A stretch of 64,000 nucleotides of DNA, from contig CAWKZY010000005.1 in the NCBI GenBank assembly GCA_963854625.1, forward strand, positions 10,028 through 74,027. The letters are read 5' to 3'. The translations under genes were made by a program, and so were the position numbers. Shown in pieces: positions 8,107 through 15,982 of this stretch (the first letter of the stretch is position 1; every line of letters begins with the position of its first letter). This stretch comes from Gammaproteobacteria bacterium. GTDB lineage: Bacteria; Pseudomonadota; Gammaproteobacteria; Pseudomonadales; Pseudohongiellaceae. Under the pieces are notes generated by a model, which saw only the letters and a program-made list of their open reading frames with translations, was not told the origin of the DNA and did no database searches.

Positions 8107-10077
8107 TCAAGGCTCGTAACTGTAAATCCTTAATCGTCCCGGCACATCTGAACCGGAGATCGCCACCGCAAGATACTGTACGCCGTCGATAGCGTAGGTC
8201 ATTGGGCTTCCAGTCTGTTGCGCTGGCATGGATAGGCTGCCTAGTTGTCTGCCGGTAAGTTTGTCATAGGCTCGCAGCAAGGCTTCCTGCTCGCCATTAG
8301 CGTTTGTATAGCTGCCACCGTCGCCGGCTATAAGGAGTGTTTTGGTTACTAAAACACCTACACGCCCAGCTTGCCCGGTACGGGGAATATCTAGGCCGGC
8401 CAGTGCAGGATGATTGCGAATAGAATCCGGAGTCTCACCATGCACAACATCCCAAAGCTTTTCACCCTCGTTCAAGTCCAGTGCCACGATCTGTCCGTAA
8501 GGTGGTTTAATTAATGGCAAACCCTCCACATTCAATCGCGGCGCAGTTCTCAATTGCAGATTAATATAGTCCATGTCTGAGCGGTCCGGACGATTACTCA
8601 TAGACATTCGGCCCACATCAGACTTGCTAAAAATATACATGATGCCGGATTCAGGATCGACTGCGCCTCCAGGCCAGTTGGCCCCACCGGTTTGTGAGGG
8701 CATGAACAGTGTGCCGAACGTACCATCGTCGGCTTCCGCCAGAGACGGAGGCATATATATGTCGCCGTAGCGGTACCGAGACAGTATCTCTCGTGCCTTG
8801 GCTTTCAGCTGCGGTGTGAAATCAATTAACTCATCGTCGTTGAGCCCTTGGCGAGCGAACGGTGGAGGTCTCACAGGAATGGGCTGAGTGGGAGAAAGTC
8901 GCTCACCCGGTATATCGGATGCGGGTACTGGCACTTCTTCTATTTCAAACAGAGGCTTTCCGGTCCCTCGGTCGAAGACGAAGGTGAACCCCTGTTTAAC
9001 TGTTTGCACTAAGGCGGCTCTGATTTTTCCATTGATCGTCAAGTCAAGAAGCATTGGCGCAGACGGAATATCCCAATCCCACACGTCATGATGAGTAGTT
9101 TGAAAATGCCACTTTCGCTCACCCGTTGCGAGATCAAGCGCCACCACGCTGTTAGTAAAAAGATTGTCTCCATGTCGATGACCACCATAGGAATCCCCTG
9201 TGGCGGTTTCAGTAGGCAGATATACTGCATTAAGCACGGGATCGATAGTCATCTGAGCCCAGGCGCCACCATAACCCGTATAAGTCCAGGAATTATTCAG
9301 CCAGGTATCATTTCCATATTCACCACCCTGAGGAATACTGTGAAAAATCCAAAGCCTCTTGCCTGTTCGCGCATCGTAGCCACGCACATGGCCCTTCGGT
9401 TTTTCTCGGCTAGTTGGCATTCTGCCAGCTCGAAACGCCGATCCGATAACGACGACGCCATTGGCAACTATAGGAGCGGCATGCAACCCTACTTCACCTG
9501 TTTTGGGGTCCAACTCCTGATCGAACTCTTGTTTTAAATCTACAATACCATCGAGCCCAAAATCCTCAATGCGTTCTCCGCTTGCCGCATCCAGTGCTAT
9601 CATCTGGTAGCCAGGTGTCACATAAATGATTCGGCCCTTGTCACTGCCATCATTCCACCATGCCAGTCCTCTGCCTGACAATCGACGGGGAGCGTTAGAC
9701 GCGCGCTCTCCCTCATCAAGGCGAGACACCCAGAGAATCTCTCCGCTCTGCGCATCCAAAGCAACAATAGCTCGCCTGCTTCCAGCGGTGGTATAAATTG
9801 TTCGATTTACCATCAATGGTGTTGATTGAAAATTGAACTCAGGGCTAGACCCGAAATTACTCGTGTCGAATTCCCAAGCTATCTCTAGTTGGTTGAAATT
9901 TTCACCATTAATTATGTCCAACGGAGAATATCGGGTGCTCGCTAGGTCGCCTCCATAGGTGCGCCACTCCTGGTCCTGAGCTTGTGAGTGATTCATCGTG
10001 CTTATTGACAAGAAAATGAATAAGAACATTAGCAGAAGTGTATGTGCTTTCTTGTGGAGGCTGAGAGTGATAATCAT
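8107..10077 (-). CDS. Periplasmic PQQ-dependent dehydrogenase (quinoprotein beta-propeller)
   Basis: 656 aa with a signal peptide. The N-terminal signature WRTYGGDLASTRYSPLDIINGENFNQLEIAWEF is typical of PQQ dehydrogenases, and W-containing propeller repeats recur throughout. No vicinal Cys-Cys, so it is not of the methanol/ethanol-dehydrogenase subtype. Confidence 0.85.
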   Translation of the reverse strand: MIITLSLHKKAHTLLLMFLFIFLSISTMNHSQAQDQEWRTYGGDLASTRYSPLDIINGENFNQLEIAWEFDTSNFGSSPEFNFQSTPLMVNRTIYTTAGSRRAIVALDAQSGEILWVSRLDEGERASNAPRRLSGRGLAWWNDGSDKGRIIYVTPGYQMIALDAASGERIEDFGLDGIVDLKQEFDQELDPKTGEVGLHAAPIVANGVVVIGSAFRAGRMPTSREKPKGHVRGYDARTGKRLWIFHSIPQGGEYGNDTWLNNSWTYTGYGGAWAQMTIDPVLNAVYLPTETATGDSYGGHRHGDNLFTNSVVALDLATGERKWHFQTTHHDVWDWDIPSAPMLLDLTINGKIRAALVQTVKQGFTFVFDRGTGKPLFEIEEVPVPASDIPGERLSPTQPIPVRPPPFARQGLNDDELIDFTPQLKAKAREILSRYRYGDIYMPPSLAEADDGTFGTLFMPSQTGGANWPGGAVDPESGIMYIFSKSDVGRMSMSNRPDRSDMDYINLQLRTAPRLNVEGLPLIKPPYGQIVALDLNEGEKLWDVVHGETPDSIRNHPALAGLDIPRTGQAGRVGVLVTKTLLIAGDGGSYTNANGEQEALLRAYDKLTGRQLGSLSMPAQQTGSPMTYAIDGVQYLAVAISGSDVPGRLRIYSYEP

Positions 10078-10349
10078 GATTATTCTCGTCTAATAATTCT
10101 TTTTTATATTTTCAAATCAAATCATATCTGCTCGTTCATATAACGCAAACTACACCGGCTTGTTTCGGTGTTTGTGTCCATTCCATGGCCGCTGCGCCAA
10201 ATTCCATAACGCGTGAATCAGCGCTTCATCATGAAGCCTAATTTTAGGCATGCCAGTAGTAGCGCAAAAACCTGTGTCAAACGCTAAATTCCATTGTTTG
10301 TCTTTGTCAGTCTAGCGGATCATAGCCACTTCTTATTACATCAAGAACC

Positions 10350-10460
10350 GTAGCGAAGAAAACGGCGAGACAGTGACGACAAGTCGCTGACTTGTCTTAC
10401 AGATTCCAGCTAGAAAGAGTGTACTCTAGAAAAAAGAAGTAACCTAAGCACCCCTTACAA
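10350..10460. repeat. Copy 2 of the conserved intergenic element of about 110 nt
   Basis: Aligns with 3311..3417. Hairpin ACAAGTC-gct-GACTTGT has the stem conserved and the loop changed. Palindrome is degenerate (TTCCAGCTAGAA). 3' box TAAGCACCCCT. Ends about 30 nt before the start codon of the PHM-like gene. Confidence 0.7.
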
Positions 10461-10491
10461 GCACATTAGAGAACAAGCCCCTGGAGAGGTA

Positions 10492-11835
10492 ATGCAAATG
10501 AAACATACCAAATTATTAGTCGCGGCTGCTGCACTGCTTGGACTGCAGGGCGTATTCGCCCAGGAGCAGTTCACCTACAACGAGCACGTGGCCCAAATTA
10601 TCAATGAGAATTGTGTGGTATGTCACCAGGAAGGCGGCATCGGCCCTATGCAGCTCACCAATTTCGACCAAGTGCGCCCCTGGGCTCCGCTGATTCAGCT
10701 AAAGGTAGCCAATCGTGAAATGCCACCCTATGCCTATGATCACGGCATCGGCATTCAGGATCTGGTTGGCGACTGGCGTATGCAGCAGGATGAAATCGAT
10801 ACCATAGTGGCCTGGGTGAATGCTGGCTCTCCTCGTGGAAATATTGACACAACTGCAGCTTTTGCTCAGGTGAAAACCCCAAGCCAATGGAACTTCGAAG
10901 CCGAACTTGGCTCGCCGGACCTGGTCGTGCCTTCATCCTCCTATGATGTCCCCGCCAATGGTAATGACCTGTGGATAAGGGAGATTGTTGACCCCAGAGT
11001 AACAGCGGCAGTTGTAGGGCGCTGCATTAAGGCAGTTCAGGTGAAACCTCGCGGAGATGCAGCGGCGGTAGTGCACCACGCAAATTCCATCATCTTTATC
11101 GAAGACGAATACGGTGAGCTTCGCCGAAATGGCATGCTCACTGAATACGCCATGGGCAAATGGGGCGAGAAAGTGCCTGACGATGTTTGTCGTACCCTGC
11201 CCCCCGGCGCACAGATTCAATGGAATATTCATAATTTCCCAGGTGGCGTCGGTGCGACTGCCCGGGGCGAGATTATCGAGGACGTCGTGGTTGAAATCGG
11301 CCTGTGGTTCCACAACGAAGATTTCAGCGAACAGGAAGGCGTCTACCGACAGGACCTAACGAGCTATCAGATCGAGCAACAGGGCGATCTTGTGATTCCA
11401 CCCAACGGCTATCAAATGACCCAGGGATTTCACTCCTTTGACCATCCTGTGCGTATCGATAGTTATCAGCCCCACGGTCACCTGCGCATGAATGCCGCCT
11501 CGCTAGAAATTTTCTATCCGGAAACCGGCCGTACGGAGCCGGTCAGTCAGATCTCCAAATGGTCCGCCACCTGGCATCACAACCATATCTACGATCCCGA
11601 AGCGGCACCGCTGCTGCCAGCCGGCGCGGTTCTGGTACTAAAGCAGTGGTATGACAACACCGCTAACAACCCCTACAACCCGGATCCTGATATGTGGGTG
11701 GTGGGTGGTAGCCGCACCGGCGATGAAATGACTCACGCCTGGATCGCCATTACGCACCTAGACGATAAAGGCTATGACAAACTGGTAACCGAAAGAGAAG
11801 CCAAACAGAAACGCTCTCTAGCAGGCAGTGACTGA
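10492..11835 (+). CDS. PHM/DBH-like type II copper monooxygenase with an N-terminal CxxCH (heme-c type) module
   Basis: 447 aa with a signal peptide. CVVCH at nt 10612-10626. VKPRGDAAAVVHH (His-His at 11074-11079), IHNF, LVIPP, YQPHGHLRM (HxH at 11473-11481) and GGSRTGDEMTH (Met at 11728-11730) are colinear with the CuH (HH..H) and CuM (HxH..M) ligands of peptidylglycine alpha-hydroxylating monooxygenase as I recall them. An alternative start at ATG 10498 has better RBS spacing. Confidence 0.65.
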   Translation: MQMKHTKLLVAAAALLGLQGVFAQEQFTYNEHVAQIINENCVVCHQEGGIGPMQLTNFDQVRPWAPLIQLKVANREMPPYAYDHGIGIQDLVGDWRMQQDEIDTIVAWVNAGSPRGNIDTTAAFAQVKTPSQWNFEAELGSPDLVVPSSSYDVPANGNDLWIREIVDPRVTAAVVGRCIKAVQVKPRGDAAAVVHHANSIIFIEDEYGELRRNGMLTEYAMGKWGEKVPDDVCRTLPPGAQIQWNIHNFPGGVGATARGEIIEDVVVEIGLWFHNEDFSEQEGVYRQDLTSYQIEQQGDLVIPPNGYQMTQGFHSFDHPVRIDSYQPHGHLRMNAASLEIFYPETGRTEPVSQISKWSATWHHNHIYDPEAAPLLPAGAVLVLKQWYDNTANNPYNPDPDMWVVGGSRTGDEMTHAWIAITHLDDKGYDKLVTEREAKQKRSLAGSD

Positions 11836-11927
11836 TAAAGAAAGCTAAGCAATAATTGCGAAAGAAACACTGGTAATAAAAGTCACCGGGGAAGTTCGTG
11901 CACTACATAAAATTTTAGAATCATCGA

Positions 11928-12263
11928 TTAATAGCCAATCGAAGTAATGTAGGTATTGTCGAAGTATGGAATGTGATATTTGCGCAACACAGAAATGTAG
12001 TCCCAGTAGATGCTTTTCCCGGAGCCCTCCTCCAGATAATCCTCCATTCGCTCTGTTGCTAATTTGGCGACATGTTTAGAACGCTTACTTGGTATGGGAA
12101 TATTATGAAGAGCAGCATACTCATATTGAGCACTTATCTGAGTCGCTTTTACTATAGCCTTGTCTTTATCGGCTTTTTAGGTGGATTTAGATATCCATTT
12201 TTCGCTGATAACAAGCTGCGCATGCCAGCGTTTACTGCTGTCTTGTTTACAGATGTATAGTTG
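11928..12263 (-). pseudogene. Tyrosine-recombinase (phage-type integrase) N-terminal remnant
   Basis: Minus-strand frame is open from 12263 to 11931, with no start codon, one in-frame TAA (12177-12179) and no catalytic domain. Translation …SKRWHAQLVISEKWISKST*KADKDKAIVKATQISAQYE…ERMEDYLEEGSGKSIYWDYISVLRKYHIPYFDNTYITSI fits the arm-binding/SAM-like N-terminus of island integrases (W.A.V..G....SKSF.TK.EA..WA…). Confidence 0.45.
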
Positions 12264-12376
12264 CTAAGTAATGTCGTGCCGATTCACTTGTTGTGGCATA
12301 ACATGCAAGGTCGGTATTTGGCGTGTTCCGAAGCTGGTAAAGAAGAGCACAATATACTGATTATTAACAAGTATTA

Positions 12377-12443
12377 TAGACACACTGAATCCAAAATCCG
12401 GTTCCTTCACAGGAGTGGCGGCTCAAGTCCGCTCACCGGGGCC
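12377..12443 (+). pseudogene. 5'-truncated tRNA-Leu(CAA)-like fragment (D-arm 3' half to acceptor 3' strand); not an intact tRNA
   Basis: TAGACAC, then an anticodon region ..TCCAAAA.., a long variable-arm hairpin TCCT-tcac-AGGA, a T-arm GGCGG-CTCAAGT-CCGCT, and the acceptor strand CACCGGG-G-CC. It resembles the class II tRNA-Leu 3' two-thirds (E. coli leuZ …TAGACAC…GGTTCAAGTCCCGCTCCGGGTACCA). No complementary 5' acceptor strand lies upstream. C33 and C54 deviate from the universal U/T. Confidence 0.55.
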
Positions 12444-12592
12444 TTTTTAGGCTTTTTTAATTACAAATAGCTTAAGTTCTTAACATAATAGCCAATATTG
12501 ATTAAGTAAGGTTACGAAACTTAACAATCTAGACTTTGTGATTAGCAGATCCTTGGTCGGACAATTTAAACAGCCACAGGAGATGCTAATTC

Positions 12593-12760
12593 ATGAGTTT
12601 TGACGAAGAAGACAGCAAATACACAAGTGATAAAAATGACGACGATAAAGCTAAGACATTTTTCGGGTTTGAAGTTGGTGATTCGGTAACCTACGGTGTT
12701 GTTATAGTGCTGACGATCATATTTATTTATCAGGTTTCTGGAGCGACAGCGGTTCTTTAG
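12593..12760 (+). CDS. Possible small membrane protein (55 aa)
   Basis: An ATG lies downstream of an AGGAG-type RBS. Acidic N-terminus followed by one hydrophobic segment (YGVVIVLTIIFIYQV). Below the ORF-track size cutoff, so found by eye. Confidence 0.3.
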   Translation: MSFDEEDSKYTSDKNDDDKAKTFFGFEVGDSVTYGVVIVLTIIFIYQVSGATAVL

Positions 12761-12960
12761 CTAAGGCTCAAGCTTTCTTTATAGATAGCGCCTCATAAAA
12801 TTTTTCCCCACTTTTCCACATTAACGGCATTGCAAATGATTCTTTTGCGAGAGGTCTTCTCTGTGCCTGTTCAGTTTTTGCCTAGCGTGTTAGATTACGC
12901 CTCCTAAAATTTACTCTGAAAACTCACTCAAAGAGTGAGCCCAACCCCGAAGGAATCGGT

Positions 12961-14058
12961 ATGCCCAAATACAAAATAGCTCTTTTAGACGGTGATGGTA
13001 TCGGTCCGGAAATCATGGCCGAAGCAGTCAAGGTATTAGATTTAGTCGCCGAACGTAATGACTTAGAATTTGAGCTAGTCCATGGATCCTTTGGCGCTAG
13101 TGCCTATTTTGAACATGGCCATGCATTCCCTGACGCTACAAAAGCACTCTGCGATGAGGCTGATGCCATTTTAAAAGGGCCCATTGGTCTTAGCCATGAA
13201 GAGTCAAAGAAAATACCTATCGATATGCAGCCTGAGCGTGGCGCCCTGCTACCTCTCCGCCGGCGCTACAACACCTTCGCCAACATCCGGCCGGTATTTT
13301 TACCCAAAGAATTGGCCCATTTCTCTCCCTTGAAGTCCGAAATAATAGGAGATGGAGTCGATTTCATCATTATTCGTGAACTAGTGGGCGGCCTTTACTT
13401 CGGCAAGAAAGAAAGCGGCATCAACGCTGATGGCAAACGCTACGTAAGCGAAGCACTTGAATACGATGAAGATCAAATCGCCAACATCGCCAAGGTTGCC
13501 TTTGAAACTGCGCAGAAGCGTAAGAAGATCTTACATAACATTCACAAAAGTAATGTACTGAAGTCCAGCGTGCTTTGGAATGAAGTGATGAGTGAGGTGG
13601 GAGCTAATTATCCGGATGTGCAAGTCATACCAATTTTGGTCGACGCAGCAGCCACCTATTTATGCTTAAACCCAGGTCAGTTCGATGTCATGGTAATGGA
13701 AAACATGTTTGGAGACATCCTAAGCGACCAGTGTGGCGGCATCTTAGGCTCGCTAGGACTTATGCCATCAGCCTGTTTAGGCCCAGAAAAAGCTTACTAT
13801 GAACCTTCTCATGGCTCTGCACCTGATATAGCTGGCCAGCGCATTGCAAACCCATACTCAATGATTGGCTCTGTCGCTATGATGCTTGAAATGAGTTTCA
13901 ACATGGAACAAGAAGCTCGAAACGTATGGCAGGCTATGCAAAGTGTCTTTGGCCAGGGGTTTTCGACTCCTGACCTCTCTAAGCCAGGCAAAAATGTGAA
14001 GATGATCAGCACCGATGGCTTTGGTGACTTGGTTGTTGAAGAGCTAGCCAAACTTTAG
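12961..14058 (+). CDS. leuB: 3-isopropylmalate dehydrogenase
   Basis: 365 aa. IALLDGDGIGPEIM and NMFGDILSDQCGGILGSLGLMPSA are signatures of the isocitrate/isopropylmalate dehydrogenase family. Confidence 0.85.
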   Translation: MPKYKIALLDGDGIGPEIMAEAVKVLDLVAERNDLEFELVHGSFGASAYFEHGHAFPDATKALCDEADAILKGPIGLSHEESKKIPIDMQPERGALLPLRRRYNTFANIRPVFLPKELAHFSPLKSEIIGDGVDFIIIRELVGGLYFGKKESGINADGKRYVSEALEYDEDQIANIAKVAFETAQKRKKILHNIHKSNVLKSSVLWNEVMSEVGANYPDVQVIPILVDAAATYLCLNPGQFDVMVMENMFGDILSDQCGGILGSLGLMPSACLGPEKAYYEPSHGSAPDIAGQRIANPYSMIGSVAMMLEMSFNMEQEARNVWQAMQSVFGQGFSTPDLSKPGKNVKMISTDGFGDLVVEELAKL

Positions 14059-14070
14059 ATTGGCTAAGCT

Positions 14071-14104
14071 AAATCGGCTTTTGCGCGAAGCGCAGAGCCG
14101 ATTT
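14071..14104. terminator. Long hairpin between convergent leuB and cimA (candidate bidirectional terminator)
   Basis: AAATCGGCTTTTGCGC-gaa-GCGCAGAGCCGATTT gives a stem of about 15 bp with one bulge and A/T-rich ends on both sides. Confidence 0.6.
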
Positions 14105-14128
14105 AAACTGACTTATACCTCAGCTAAA

Positions 14129-15676
14129 CTAATCTGCCGTCTCGGCGACTTGATGAAGCAAAATATTAATCATCCGCATAGTCGACTTAACTGCCGCAAG
14201 GACTTGGTTAGCGTCCACGCCCCGAGTTTTGAACTCGTGCCCATTATCATTCCAACTGATTACACATTCAGTCAAGGCATCGGTTTTGCCTCCACGAGGG
14301 ATATGCACTTCAAAATCCGTTAGGGTTGGCATTACAAAATCTTTTTCATGAAGTAATGTCGAAATAGCTGCCATAAACGCGTCGAACCCGCCATTTCCAG
14401 AGCCTGAGCTTTGCAATTGCTTCCCTTCTAATTCCACTCGAATACTAGCGGTACTATCAACATTGAGACCACTGTTAATGTAGCAGTTGAGCAAGGTGAT
14501 ATAGTGAATATCCTTGCTCTGCATCACATCCGCTATGATAAACGGCAAATCTTCTGCGGTGATGTTTTGCTTTGAATCCCCCAGCTGAACCACTCTTTTG
14601 AGAACCTTCGCCTGATCCTCTTCTGAAAGACTTATGCCTAACTCATCCAGATTATTAATCAGCGATGCTTTACCGCTCATTTTGCCAAGAGCATAGGTGC
14701 GCTTTCGAGCAAAACGCTCTGGGCCTAGATTGGTGACGTACAAGTCCCCTTTCATATCGCCATCAGCGTGGATACCCGCTGTTTGAGTAAAAACGTCCGC
14801 ACCCACAATCGGAGTATTCGCTGCAATCCATTTGTCTGAAAAATTCTCTACCATTCGACTAAGAACAGTTATCCGTGACTCATCGATACTGAGAGTCATA
14901 TCTAACTTATCGCGCAATGCCACCGCCACTTCGGCCAAAGATGCGTTACCCGCCCGCTCACCCAGACAATTGACAGTGCAATGAATCGTATCGATTCCAG
15001 CGGTGACTGCTGCGAGGGCATTTGCGGTAGCAAGGCCATAGTCATTATGGGGATGAAAATCGAACACCTGCTCAGGGAAACTACACATCATGTCAGTTAA
15101 GGCTGTGGTAACTTCTTGAGGTGACATCAACCCTAATGTGTCGGGCAGCAAATAGTGTCCTATACCTAAGTGCTTTGTCGCATTAACCAAACCGAACACA
15201 TAATCCTTGCTGTCTTTATAACCATTAGACCAATCCTCTAAATACATATTGGCTCTTAGCCCTTGGGATTGCGCGTACTCAACAGTCCTAGCGATATCCG
15301 CAGAATGACTTTCTAGTGTTTTTCCTAATTGCTGCCGGCAATGCTTTTCACTGCCCTTCGCCAACAAATTAATTACTTTCCCACCGGCCTTCACAATCCA
15401 ATCAACGCTTCGTTTGTAGTCCACAAAACCGAGCACTTCAATTCGATCAACGAATCCAACTTCAGATGCCCATGCGGTAATCTGCGCTACCGCCTTCTGC
15501 TCTCCTTCGGAAACGCAAGCCGATGCCACCTCAATACGGTCAACTTTAAGGGACTGCAACAACGCCCGAGCAATATTCACTTTTTCATTAGCTGAAAAAG
15601 AGACGCCCTGTGTTTGCTCACCATCTCTAAGAGTGGTGTCCAGTAAAGATATATGCCGCGGCTTTGCCGTACTCAT
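14129..15676 (-). CDS. cimA: (R)-citramalate synthase / 2-isopropylmalate synthase family, closest by recollection to Leptospira-type CimA
   Basis: 515 aa. LLDTTLRDGEQTQGVSFS, VDRIEVASA, LPDTLGLMSP, HPHNDYGLATANALAAV, FTQTAGIHADGD and a C-terminal LeuA-dimer-like regulatory domain. Long colinear similarity to the L. interrogans CimA sequence as I remember it. Confidence 0.75.
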   Translation of the reverse strand: MSTAKPRHISLLDTTLRDGEQTQGVSFSANEKVNIARALLQSLKVDRIEVASACVSEGEQKAVAQITAWASEVGFVDRIEVLGFVDYKRSVDWIVKAGGKVINLLAKGSEKHCRQQLGKTLESHSADIARTVEYAQSQGLRANMYLEDWSNGYKDSKDYVFGLVNATKHLGIGHYLLPDTLGLMSPQEVTTALTDMMCSFPEQVFDFHPHNDYGLATANALAAVTAGIDTIHCTVNCLGERAGNASLAEVAVALRDKLDMTLSIDESRITVLSRMVENFSDKWIAANTPIVGADVFTQTAGIHADGDMKGDLYVTNLGPERFARKRTYALGKMSGKASLINNLDELGISLSEEDQAKVLKRVVQLGDSKQNITAEDLPFIIADVMQSKDIHYITLLNCYINSGLNVDSTASIRVELEGKQLQSSGSGNGGFDAFMAAISTLLHEKDFVMPTLTDFEVHIPRGGKTDALTECVISWNDNGHEFKTRGVDANQVLAAVKSTMRMINILLHQVAETAD

Positions 15677-15982
15677 TGCTCATCCTTTTAATATTGAATA
15701 TGACGTCTAAAAAAATCTTAAAATCGTAAACGAGATCGCATTCTAACAAAATCTTTGCTGCTACGGATAGCCATAGGCCAGCCATCTCAACTAGGGCAGC
15801 TAGTTAAACTCCATTTGATGTGAATTCAGCATTCAACGGGCCAGTCTTCAAAGCCCAGAACTAGCTCCCAGATTACGGACCGTGGTGAACAACAGGGCCA
15901 TTACAAAAAGCCATCAGGATGGTTAAAAGCATTAAGATACCCTACAATTGCGACCTCACAATTCGAACAATGACGATATATA

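Noticed and set aside
12072-12470. Track ORFs 12072..12260 (+) and 12261..12470 (+)
   Set aside because: The first is antisense to the integrase-like remnant and the second runs through the tRNA-like fragment. Neither has an RBS or a motif, so the relic interpretation explains the region better.
14060-14323. Track ORF 14060..14323 (+)
   Set aside because: It begins in the leuB/cimA terminator hairpin and runs antisense into the 3' end of cimA, so it is spurious.
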